DNA of 64,000 nucleotides, taken from the NCBI RefSeq assembly GCF_964204645.1, contig NC_134035.1, forward strand, positions 496,001 to 560,000. Reading direction: 5' to 3'. Source of the stretch: Tubulanus polymorphus (taxonomy: Eukaryota > Animalia > Nemertea). Below are positions 38,477 to 52,675 of this stretch, piece by piece. The number at the start of each line of letters is the position of its first letter. Within the stretch, counting starts at the first letter, position 1. Under the pieces are notes generated by a model, which searched no databases, was not told where the DNA came from, and was given only the letters and a program-made list of their open reading frames with translations. The translations under genes and the position numbers were made by a program.

Positions 38477-41400
38477 TCAACTATCAAACGATTTGACGGC
38501 GTATATTTCTCTAAGAGATATGCACAACTTGATGACGGGCGTGCCGATTGCTGTGAATACCGTCACGCTATAATACTGTAAATAGTAGGAGACGTCCTGA
38601 ACGGCGATTAAACCCATGATGTGAAGGGTACCGGTACAGGTAGGCGGTAACGCGCGAACACGCCAATACGATAATACCTGCTCGTACTTTCTCGTGCAGA
38701 ATTCCATTGTCACCAAGTCTCCCTAGAAAATAAAAAACACTAAAGCGATTAAATTTCTGCTGAGATTATCATGAAGATTAAGTTCATTTTAGTTTTGAAT
38801 TCTAGATGAACCCGATTTAATTTGAAGGAAATCATATTCCATATTGCTGACTCGCGGCCATTTTTGATTGAAAGAATGTACGTTCTGGTCTATAACTGTG
38901 AATGTATTTCATGTAGAGTACTCATATTTCACATGAGATAATGAGATGATATTATATATCAGCAGATCGATTTAGGTCACGATATCATCCGAGATGGCTG
39001 ACTGGCGGCCATATTTGATTCAAAAAATGAACATTCTGGTCTATCATTGTGAATATATTATAAATAGAGCATTTAATTAATTAATTTTCAGACAATAACT
39101 GATTATATACCAAATAACTGCAGAGGAGTTTCTAACAAAAAGCAATGTTGATGCCGGGCCTGGGTTTAGGAGGTCATTTTGGGATGTCCCGAGTGATAGA
39201 GGCGAACGTGATACCATAGTTATCAAATGGTAATTGAAATTTTTATTTGATCCTGGTATCTGTTAAAACATTATGGACGCAGATCCACAGTTTTCAACTT
39301 CGTTCGACTTCAAGCAAAAACAGTTCATTTCTAATTAGTTGTTGTTTAAAATTCGAAAAATAATCGAAAAATCATTTTCTGAACATGCATATAAAACATA
39401 TTCTGTCGGAATAGATTGTCCCGATTTTAAAGTAGTATTGCACCCGATGTTTGGACCTTCAAACACAGGCCAGCATCGAACACATTGATATATGTGTTCG
39501 TGAGAAATAGTCCGAGAAACGGATTTTATGTAAATGAATTTCTGCATCGGATTTTTGTACAGAAATATTCACGAATTTCTCGTCCCAATAAAAGATATAT
39601 GTAAAAATTTATGATGTAATTACACGGATGGAAAAGCGCGAAAACATCGTACAGAAAATCTTTTAGTTCTAACGAGATCGGTAGGAATACACTAACAGTG
39701 GATGGTAGTGTAAATACTGCAAACGCGAGTGAAACTGTAACGAGCATTTTTGTTGTACGCTGTGATTTTGTAGTTTTCTTTTCAGAAGAAAGAATTTTCG
39801 ATCCCCTGAATAACTGAAATACTATAACAGAATTTGAAAGAACGATGAAAGATAACGGCAGAATGTAAGCGTAGATAACATTCATGGTGAAATACCTTAT
39901 TTGTACAAATAGTTCATAGTAACACCCGAAAACTGGTCGGAAAAATGCACCCACGCAGTAGTTAGAAGATATCGATACGCTCATTCCGATTATGTACAAT
40001 ATAATGAATCTAGCGAATCTGGGCGTACGTATCACGTGACTTGTGAACGGGAAGAGCACAACTGCCGCACGTTCTAGAGATATAGCCACGATTAACCACG
40101 AACTAGTTGAAGATGCAATCGCCATCAGGAATTCATAGATTTGACAACTGATCAGTGAATTCATCACGAATATTGGGCCAGTTTTAAGACGCAAGAGAAC
40201 AAACTGTAAAACAGGCATCAGCGTGAAACCGATACAGAACATTAAATCACTGACTGACAAAACGATCAGATAGTTAGCGTAAGATAAACAGCGGAATCTG
40301 CGGCTTATCATTATCAGGAAAGTAGCCGAATTTCCGAAGGCTCCTAACACGAACAAGACAAGCAGAATAACTAATGACAATGTACGGAAGCTTCCGGACT
40401 TGTTCGCTACAGACATGATGACGATATAACTGCTATAAGTTCGACCAATCTGTATCTTAGTTGAATTCATGATTAACGCCATGATGACGAACTGTTTTGT
40501 GTTTCGACTAAAACTCTCCTCACATGTTGGGAAACTAATTTAAACTGATAGAAAACTACAGAGATTTATTCGTGACATCTATTCACCATTCGTCATGTAA
40601 TCTATCTGAAGTCACAATTCATTCTTGACATAAATCAAAAGTCAATACTCACAAATCCAACCGAATTCACTCGTAATTTGTCAGGATAGTTGATTGTGTC
40701 AAGTCAAATACAACTTTATCGAACTGATTTTTTCATCAAAAATACATTCTCTACGTTGAACATAAAGGAAATGTCGAAATAGACAGAAATTTTAGAGTGT
40801 GAATTTGCTAGCCATAAACTCAAGCCTTTGTTCATTTAGATGAATTGACAAGGTAAAGAAAGGAATACATCAATAAATATAGGGAAAACTGAGCCCTGTA
40901 GATGATGATAAAACATTAGTCTCCGCACACACACACGCAGGCACGCACGCACACACACGCACACTAGGGGCAACCGGATGATATCATAGCATGGGAACTA
41001 TTTGTACGTAAACTCTCTTGAATAATGTGCGCTGTTACGTTAATTAAAGATTTAATTGGAAAAGAAAAGTCTACCGTGGCACAGTAGGACACTAGTACGA
41101 TATAAAACACACCTGAATATCGCTGAAATTGTGAACATTTTTTTCGACTTGTTTTTCCAGATGAAGTGCAGAAACTAGTAACACCAGAATACACATCGTC
41201 CAACTAGATACAATTACCAGCAGTGACACCCTATAAAATAAGCTTATTCATTAGATTATAACAGACATTGAAATTCAAACGTAAATCTACAAGAAATTGG
41301 GATATTGGCTGCTTGTGTTAAATAAATGTAGCCAAGAACAAATTTACACATGAGACCGTGATTTGTCCTTATTTCATGATAATTTTACAGTGTTTGGGAT

Positions 41401-42932
41401 TTTAAAGCATTTCATGATGAATTTGAAAGTAAATTGAACCTCGGACTTCGGCGTAAGAAGTTTTTTTTTTCAGTCTTGGATAGCCGACGGAAAGTGATCG
41501 CAATAGTCCGATGATGGGACTAAAGTTCCAAGTGGGCTAAAAATATGTCAATAATGATAGAGGGAATAACATTAGGGTTTTCTACCATTGGTCAGAAAAG
41601 TATAATGAACGAGTTTTACCAGTTTTTGATGCGACGCGGAGTTAGTTTAGTCTGAGCGAACATGTTGTCCATCAAATAATAGAGTAGAATAGCCAGCCCC
41701 AATGTGTAACAGACTATACACAGTTTATAACTTAACGGTGATTCTTCTATATTTATATGAAATACCACATCAACTTCCGACTGAAAAGAGATAAAAATAA
41801 TTTCAATTTTTTAATTTGACAATAGTTTCATAATGTCCGATAACATATATTTTCAATTCATTTTCAATTTATTTTCACAGAAAAGCATACATTATTACAA
41901 AATGAACAATTAAAAAAAAAGAGAGGGAAAAATATATAAATTTACAAAATTGTAGCGTGCTTTGCCATGTGGACTTGTAGGCTGCTAGCGCAGGCACCAG
42001 ATGAAAGAGAGAGGAAAGAGAAGACGGAGAGAGAGATGAGAAACAGATGAGCTCGTACTAGAGAAAAATAGATTGGTGTAGGAGTAACTGACCAGGAGTT
42101 GCTTGTATTGTGAATGCCAATTTAAAACGCTTCGATCAAAACTTCTCTGTGAATCGAACTCAATTCGATGAAACGATGAAAATTTCGACAGCTTATTCGT
42201 GTACGACGTAAGATTTCCTAGTAATTCACCTGTCAATAGAAATGCGAAAATACAAATAAGACGTAATAGATTCAGCTTACGGTCCACTGCTCTAAGATAA
42301 AGCGTGTAAATACAATTTACCGTGAAGCCATTGAAATAATGATATTGTAGCTAGTAGTAATAATAAACAAACTGCCATCAGATTCACTACTTCTTGTTTC
42401 GTCAATCTCATATTCTCCATTTCAGGCCAAAGACTAATTCCACCCCCGACATTCACAGCATCCAACTTTCCTTTCGCTTCTTGATGTTTTTGCGTCAGTA
42501 TTTTCTGTTTCTCCTTTAACCTACTGCCTGTGATAAAATTCAACCATTTGACACATTAATAAGTTAGTGACCTAAAATAATCAAGTGTTAAACTCGGTTG
42601 TGAACATATCCGGACAAGAAACCGAACCAGTGGCAGTTACTGAAAACAGCCAGCTCACACACATGGCAGGGTTTACTCTTACCTGGCGTGTTACGTAGTT
42701 GGGCGAGTCCAGGACTCACTCTGCTCTCTATCACATCCCCTACTCCGGCATCTGTGCCATCGTTAACAGTCATTTGTCGCTCCAGACGTTTGCGAATATT
42801 GTTTAACGCAGTTTGCATCGGAGTTAAAGGTTGTTGCTGTCGGTTTTCTATCGCCGGAGGCAGATTTTCATCGTTGTTGTTCAGATGCAAAGTCGGAACT
42901 CGAAGAGGGGTCAATGGATTCCTACAACTCAT
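38477..42932 (-). CDS. Uncharacterised multi-pass membrane protein, 6 exons (42932-42683, 42527-42321, 42229-42093, 41780-41620, 41230-41113, 38722-38477), ~372 aa
   Basis: All junctions are GT-AG and phase-consistent, giving one open frame. Low-complexity, TP-rich N-terminus followed by 3-4 hydrophobic segments. Family not recognised. Confidence 0.7.
39526..40482 (-). CDS. Intronless class A GPCR nested in an intron
   Basis: 318 aa: FGN (TM1), YLIVLSVSD (TM2), C..YEF..SSW....SLER (TM3), ILPL (TM5), RTTKML..FAVFTLP (TM6), NYIINFYIY (TM7), REIRE helix 8. Confidence 0.88.
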   Translation of the reverse strand: MALIMNSTKIQIGRTYSSYIVIMSVANKSGSFRTLSLVILLVLFVLGAFGNSATFLIMISRRFRCLSYANYLIVLSVSDLMFCIGFTLMPVLQFVLLRLKTGPIFVMNSLISCQIYEFLMAIASSTSSWLIVAISLERAAVVLFPFTSHVIRTPRFARFIILYIIGMSVSISSNYCVGAFFRPVFGCYYELFVQIRYFTMNVIYAYILPLSFIVLSNSVIVFQLFRGSKILSSEKKTTKSQRTTKMLVTVSLAFAVFTLPSTVSVFLPISLELKDFLYDVFALFHPCNYIINFYIYLLLGREIREYFCTKIRCRNSFT

Positions 42933-43568
42933 TTTCTGGTATCTTCGGTTCTGTCTTATTCGACTTAATTAGGTTTGTAAATTATGAAAAACAAATTTCG
43001 AAATGCACGCTGAATTTATTTCCGGGTCCACTCGACCTTGAACTAACTGTTTCTGAACTATACACCGTATGTTGGAATTAACGCGATATAAAACGACAAA
43101 TGTAGGCATTGATGAAAAGAATAAAATTTCGATGAATATTAGATCAAAATTGTGTAAATCTTTTAATGATGAAAAACTGGATGGATATAAACTCCCGGGA
43201 ATCGAACCTAAAACAATCAAGATGTTCCTCAGCTGCCACAGTAGAATACCAACAAACGATCAAGCTCGAATCCCACATTTGGGATCAATTAGATTCCTTA
43301 CTCATTGCGCACAATACCGCAACCGACAAGAAAGCCACTTGATGTTTAAGCGAATGCGAGATTAATGATGTTAATATCGGGCAAAAACTTTGTAGAATGG
43401 CAACATAGGTCCATCCTCAATCAGCAGTACATTATCGGAACCGGATCAAAACCGTTAGACAATAAAACACCTGATCGATCAACTAACTCAATAAGCAATT
43501 CAATGTTTTTACAAATATTTTTTTTCTCTTTTTTATTTGTCTTTCATAGATCAAACTATAAACAAGCT

Positions 43569-45174
43569 TTAATCAAAAAGACCGAATCCCATGTCGTCAT
43601 CAGATTCTTCTTCAGATTCTTCCTTCTTTTTCTCTTCTGTTAAAAAAAAAAGAATCAACAACTTATTATTAACAATTCAAATATAAAAGAAAGTTACACA
43701 GTTCAATCTCAGTGAAACCTAAATTATCCAAGTTCTATGACATAATAATGGCTGTACTTTTCAAAGATATCTGCACAGCTTGTAGAATTGATTTGATGAA
43801 TCTTAGGTCGAATAAACCTTAGATATGACTTCAAACTAATTCATTTAATATAGCACCAATAAGGGAAGAGTCAACTGTTTGATTGATTTACAAAACATGA
43901 CTGGCAAATGGTGCTTGAAAACCTGTCGAAATTTAGAGATACCCAAAAATCTTTATTTCGTTCAAACTTTCTTGCAAACCCATGCCCCCGGTCCAACTCT
44001 AACGCAATCGATTTCACAAATGGAATGAAATAATTTCACTTCAGACCAAAATTTTAATCATGTCGTTAAAATGCAAGGGAATAAGCGCAAGTCAAACAAC
44101 CATAACAACGCAAAAAAAATCTCATTTCAAATGCGTTTGAAAACTGTCATGTTCGGGACCATTTTCACTCATTATTATAATTGTTTAACTACCTCAACTT
44201 TCTACCATAGATTTATAAGCACAAGTTCTCAGGTTTTGAAACACTCAAATTCTAAATCTGGCTAATGTAGGGTTTGTTTATATGGACATAAAGCGAGTCA
44301 ATACCTATGTATTTATCAGTGATGAAATGTGTAGAATAAATTTGATCAATCCTAGAGAGATGAACCTCAAGAAGTTTAGTCATACTTATTCATTCAATAT
44401 AGCACCAGTAAGGGAAGAGTCAATGATTTGATTGATTTACAAATGTGACTGGCAATTGGTGCTTGTTTAAGAGGAGTTTATCTTGACTACTGGATCCTAA
44501 ATGGAAAGCTAAACCGAAAAGCGGGTCCTTAAACGCATCTGACACCAAGTCTGCGATGGGATAACTGCTATGTAATTCTACATATGAAACACGGGCAATC
44601 TAAACCTGAATTGTCCAACCAGTTTTAAAATAATACGAACACCTTCGCTGAAACTTTAAATACTCACCTTTCTTTTTCTTGCCTTTATAAATTTTTTAAG
44701 ACAAGTAAAGATTAGAAACCATTTAAATGAACAAAGCTGTATTGTACAATACAGATAGCAGAACGACCCTCTAATAAAACATTCAAAATATTAGTTTTAA
44801 AAGAGTTGAATATCGATATTTACCTTCAGCAGCAGCAGGTGCGCTAGAATCAGCAGCTGCACCAGCGGATGAAGCAGCTACTGCACTGCCACCGGACGGA
44901 ACTGATGCCAATTTTGCTCTTCCTGAAATGGAATAGAAGACACATTTTTATAGCTGTTCGGTGTTTGAAGGACGTGCAACACGAGGTTCAGATTTCACTT
45001 ACCAGCTTCCATCAGCTCCTCGATGTCTTTGCCGGATAATTCACTGATGACTTTATTGACGTTTTCAGCTTCGCAATCGATTCCTACGCTTTCCAGAATC
45101 TTTTCGATGTCTTTCTTGCTCGGAGATTTGTTGCCACCGAGAACGGCGAGGAGGTATGCGGCCACGTAACGCAT
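43569..45174 (-). CDS. RPLP2: 60S acidic ribosomal protein P2 (coding exons 45174-45003, 44922-44824, optional 44682-44668, 43636-43569)
   Basis: MRYVAAYLLAVLGGNKSPSKKDIEKILESVGID...GKDIEELMEAGRAKLASVPSGG...EESEEESDDDMGFGLFD*. AATAAA ~35 nt downstream. Confidence 0.97.
43778..43916 (-). ncRNA. Intronic H/ACA box snoRNA, copy 1
   Basis: Hairpin AGCACCA...TGGTGCT, H box ATATTA, second hairpin, and ACA three nt from the end. Pocket strands UUGCC and CUUCCCUUA are complementary to LSU rRNA UAAGGGAAG-UC-GGCAA. Confidence 0.8.
44327..44464 (-). ncRNA. Intronic H/ACA box snoRNA, copy 2 (paralogue)
   Basis: Same two-hairpin layout with an identical 5' guide pocket, variant H box ATATTG, ACA box, and compensatory stem differences relative to copy 1. 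Confidence 0.72.
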
Positions 45175-45906
45175 GCTGAAATACGATTGAAAATAAAAAT
45201 TTTAGACAATTCTCTAAAGTGAACTCCAAATATAAGTCCAACTGAATCTCTGAAGTCTTTCCTTTACTAAAGCTTTTCTCATGTTACTAGGGGGAAACAA
45301 GTGTATAGACGGAGCCAAACAGAGTTCTTGGAGAATACCTCACTTTATGTCACATTATCAGAAAATCCGTTTTTATGCACTTCTTATCAGGGCTGATTCA
45401 GTTAGTTTGTCTCAGACACAACCTCTTTTGGTCATGTGCCTTTCCAAAATTTGCCATTGAAAATACAAACAATTTAATTGAAACATTTCTCAAGAGATTT
45501 AGACTTAAAATGCCCTCAGGTTGCACTCGTTTGGGAATAGATGCCCTTTTCATTCATTTCAGAGTAAAAACCAATCACTTTTCAAATCATTGATCCACCA
45601 CGGATCTCATTAATTCCAAAATATATCATCTGAAGTTATGTTAACGTTAAATCATAGATGTTGAATACCTAGTGGAATTTGAAGCCGATGATTGTCGATT
45701 CTAAACACGTTTTTCGAAGCATTAATACGTATCAATTTTACAAGATGGCCGCGTTTTGGAAAATATTTCAAAAAGTCCATCGATTCACACGGAGATAGCG
45801 CGTTCAAAACGCTACGATTTAGCAATATTTCACTCTACCGTATAAAGCTGTATTTAATGAATCTATTGAAACCCAAAGTAATCAAATTAACCCGTTAAAT
45901 ACTTAC

Positions 45907-45978
45907 TTTTAAGTCCAAATTTGGGGACACGAAACGAGTCAAGCAATACTGTAACGTTGGTTAAGAGTAGAAGGAGGA
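45907..45978 (-). promoter_or_regulatory. RPLP2 non-coding first exon starting at a polypyrimidine (TCT/5'TOP) initiator
   Basis: Minus strand TCCTCCTTCT at 45978-45969, then a GTAAGT donor at 45906. Typical ribosomal protein gene arrangement. Confidence 0.6.
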
Positions 45979-47012
45979 TTCGGCTGACGAAACGTAGAAG
46001 GATTGAAATCAAAATGAAAATTCATGAAGATATATGCGTAACGATGATTTTTTAGATATATTTCAAAAAATGACCACCGATCAAGTTGCTATATGGATAG
46101 GCTCTGGATGAGGAATTTTGGTGATTAAATCATCTTTGAAATGATTTTTAAAATATTTTTGGTTGTTTATAAATGCCATAAATGATCTATAGGGGGCGTA
46201 CCATACTATTAGGATCTTATCTTATCTTTCTGAATTTGTATACACTTTATAGGATATCTTAATATAAGAGACATCTTACAATCGAAGATAATGAAAAAAA
46301 GTGTAAAAATATCTTATGGAAAAAATTACTACGGTCAAGGTCGATGACGTCATTCAGTAAACAATAATAAATCCACGTGTTAGATCTATCAAATAGGATA
46401 ATGGGAGAGGGAAGTAGGGAAGATAAGAGCTTACGTTAGGAGATGCAGGATGAGACGTTGATTAGGAGCAGAAGGTCCAAAAGTTGTTGTTCGCCAACAA
46501 ATTCAAGAAAACAATAGATTCATCAAGAAATTAAATATATTTTCAAATATCTGATAAATAAATGATGTAATAATAAAGCATTAAAAGAACACATACAATA
46601 ATATACTATAATAGAGTATCATGATTTGAAATATTATTATACAATAGGTTTTGAATTACCTGAGCAAGACCAAAATTCTGCTCAGAAGAAAAAATTCTCA
46701 GCAATTTCGAGATTCCGAAAATTTAATTTTCAACCCACAATTTCCTCAAATTCAGAATCCTCTAACGTTCCAGTCTAAAACATCTGACTTAGGCTAAAAT
46801 AGAATGATTCCAAGTTTCTCCTAATCGGCCGGGTCATATTTTTAACTGCAATAAAATCGCTACTACCAGGTCTGTTGAAATATGGTAAGCTTGATTGAAG
46901 CTCAGCAAAAAAGAGAAACAAGGCGTCAAAATTTTTAGCTGTACTCATGATTAACTGTACAAGCGACACTCAGCTGGTCTGATCTACAAGCAATTATCTC
47001 AAGATAATTATC

Positions 47013-49460
<2,448 letters not shown>

Positions 49461-50511
49461 CAATTAAAACGACATATCTATCAAAACAAAACAATTTTTA
49501 AAAGCTAAGCAACGATGGTGTTGTGCTCATGAATTCTAGCTTACCGGGTCGAATCTTTGATTTGCCTGGACCTGCTCCATCCAGGTGACAAGCCCCTAAA
49601 CTAAATAGTAATACTTTCGACCACTCCTGACGTGGCGTTAGTCAAGATACATAAACTACGCTTTCCCCAAGAACCATCTTCATCCACTACCCTCACATCC
49701 TTCACACCTCACCTCATTCACATTTCAACCAAATTTTTCTTTTCAATATAGGCCTAATAATACTTTCTTGAATTTGATTATCGATTTAAAAAGGAGTGAC
49801 CTCGATCGCGTGTAATTTTACTCGCCCTAAACCTATACTTCTTAATTAGAGACATGGTATTCATGTAACCTACTACGAATCTCGTATTTCTTAAATAGAT
49901 CTAGTCAGGAAAGCTAATAATTACCTCTATTTTAATGAGTAAATTCGATTTTAGACGAAAGATTTCTTGCAATCTGTCAAGCGACTAATTACTACTTGTA
50001 AACATTGCCAGATAAGAGATTACTGCGCCATTCACTCAATTCACTGTAACTAAATTTTCAAAGAATCCAACGTAATTTGCCCATTGGAAATTCGAATAAG
50101 ATAGTTAGCTTATCTATTTATTTCTCGAGTCGAAAACATTTCTTAAATGAATTTAGTGAATGTTATATCTTTGAACTATTTTATGGCATGAACTTTAGAT
50201 TAATATTCATTCGACGTTTCGGCATCAATTCAAGTCAATTCATACTTGAGTTAAAATTATGTTCATTGGGTAAAAACTAATTCTTTACCAAATTTTTGCG
50301 CTTAACGAAAAAAACCAGAATGAAACCTCCTAAGACAAAAATAAAATTCTTTCATTTTTGCAAGAAAATAGTAAGTCACAAATATATCCGCCAGGTGACG
50401 CACAAGTTTATTTACGTATATTTGCATCAGTTTTTAGCGAAAATCGTAAAATCTAACCCTTGTTAGAGGATGATATATGGCCAGATACGAAGATTATATA
50501 TGTCGTGAATA

Positions 50512-52675
50512 ATGAATGCTAGAACACAAGTTTTTGAACTGGTAAGATTTTTACCAGACGCTTGAAAAGCGATCGCAATGTCGATGTGAACGCACTAAGT
50601 ATCGACGGAAACCGTCAGTTTTGACAGCAGCGCTACAGCCTACACTAACTATTGCCTTTATTTTGGACTGCTCTACCAAAAGTATTTCCATAACAATGGC
50701 CCCTGTTTGAATCGACAGTAATTAATGATCGATGTCAATTAATTTTCTCTTTCTACGGTTTTACAGTCAGTCGAAGGCCGACAGATTGAAGAAGTCATTT
50801 CTAGTAAGAATACATCAACTGGTTGAATGATTCATTTGATTGTTCTGAATTTAAACTTATCCTTCTTTTTTTAATCATTTTCAGGCATATTCCATACAAT
50901 CGTGTTTCATAGAACTCTAGGAAAGGTAAGATACAGTGATTTGTATGCACTCATATGCAGATATCAATCTGTATCCTGGATACATGTAGTCCCCTTGTTG
51001 AACGGACAATGAAAAGTCAAATACCTGGTGTTTGAAATTTATTTTTATGTAAATTGCCTTAGAAACAGTGGTGAAGTATGTTAGAAGGGATGCATGTTCC
51101 AGCAGATTGACTACTTGTGTCAGTTGAGAAAGCTGTTACATTTTCCGATACCGAATGATTGTATTTCTGAATTTTCGATTTTTGTAGTTTCACTATAAAC
51201 AGGAAGGAAGTTACTCTATAGGAACGGTCGGTGTAATCGACGTCGATTGTGACTTCGTCGATTTTACCTACGTAAGCGTTATTTTCATTCTCGTTTAGAG
51301 ATGAAGCGATGTTTATTAAAATACGGGATGTTTTTTTATTTTGTAGGTTCGTACGGCGAGTTGTGAACTGAACGAAACAATTCAACGCGAGATTCAAACG
51401 TTTCGCGATACATTGCGTAACGGTGAAAGTGGGTGCGGTCAGGTGCGTTCTGAATTAACGGTTTTACCGAGATAAACGATACCGATTTATGAGGAGCCTA
51501 AAGCGTTTGAACACCGGTGGTCGAGCGATGTTCAGGCTACAACTAAACCTCTTCTTTTTTAGATAAGTCTTGAATTCTATCAGAAGAAGCGCGCGCGATG
51601 GCCGTTTCCTGCTGAGTGTATTCCCTGGGAAGTGTGGACGATTCGATTAGAAGTTATTCAACTGATCAACGAACACGGTAAAAACATTTACACCAGTTCA
51701 ACCTCAGTTTACGTATCAGAGTCCAGTTCCACAGTTCCGAGTTAACTCTGGGTTAAATCACTGAAAATGAACTAACTTTAACTCAGAGTTAACTCTAACT
51801 CACAACTGTGGAACTGGATCCTGAGGCCCAACGACCGAGTTTGATGTTATCGTTCGTATATTGGGGTCAGAAAGTTATTTCCACAAAGAGTTGAATAGTT
51901 ATTTCCGAGTTGAATAGTTATTTCCGAGTTGAATGGATCAAACTCGAGCGCTGTCTACCGTTTTTAGGGTACGGGTGTGGTTTCTAGGGGGTGCTTTGGG
52001 TGCTAAAGCCCTCCTTCGGAAAATTTGCTTTGTACGGTATTATTATTTTCAGTTTTTCAATGTTACATTTCAAAATACAAGCTACATTTTAAATGTATGA
52101 GAGATGATCAAACATTGCCTAAAAACACTCAGAATGCTGCATGAGAATGAGACAAATTTTTAAAAGATTTCTAGGGGAGCACCCCCACTTTGAAAATCCT
52201 GTATCTGCCGATTTGGTACCAGTTGTAAGTGATACCGAAAATTGAAGATTTGTTTTTGTCATTGTTGTTTCAGAGCGACAGATCTGTCGTGAGAAAGTGG
52301 GAGAGATTCTCGGTGAGAAGATCACGTATATAGCTGAAGCTATGAATCGACACGAATATGTACCGAAAATGCCGAATCAATCGGAGCTGGATCTCGTGTT
52401 TGAAAATGCTTTCTCCGATGTACAGCCGTATCTGTTCAAAGTAAGGGTCGATCCTCAAATTGTCTTTGAAATGATCCATCGTTTTTTAAAGTAACGGAAT
52501 CGTGGAGGCAGAAAACCCGTTATCGCTGCTTTGCAGTTATGGCTTTGATTGTACAGTTTTCATATACCTATATTGTTTGTCGTTTTTTCAGATCTCTCAT
52601 CAAACAACTGGTCCACAATCGCTATCTGTAGGAACGACAATGAGAAAATTTATTAAAGATACCCTCGCTTTATGA
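50512..52675 (+). CDS. ATG101: Autophagy-related protein 101, 8 exons (50512-50541, 50767-50803, 50885-50925, 51188-51271, 51347-51442, 51563-51677, 52274-52440, 52592-52675), 217 aa
   Basis: [19 protein letters not shown]...[40 protein letters not shown]...[22 protein letters not shown]...[11 protein letters not shown]...[11 protein letters not shown]...DVQPYLFK...[11 protein letters not shown]. Missed by the ORF track because the exons are short. Confidence 0.96.

Noticed and set aside
45250-45570. Additional snoRNAs in RPLP2 intron 1 (CTGA boxes, GTTTGGGAAT rRNA-like match)
   Set aside because: No canonical C box or H/ACA layout could be established by eye, and the rRNA match is not correctly placed relative to a D box. 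Needs snoscan/Infernal.
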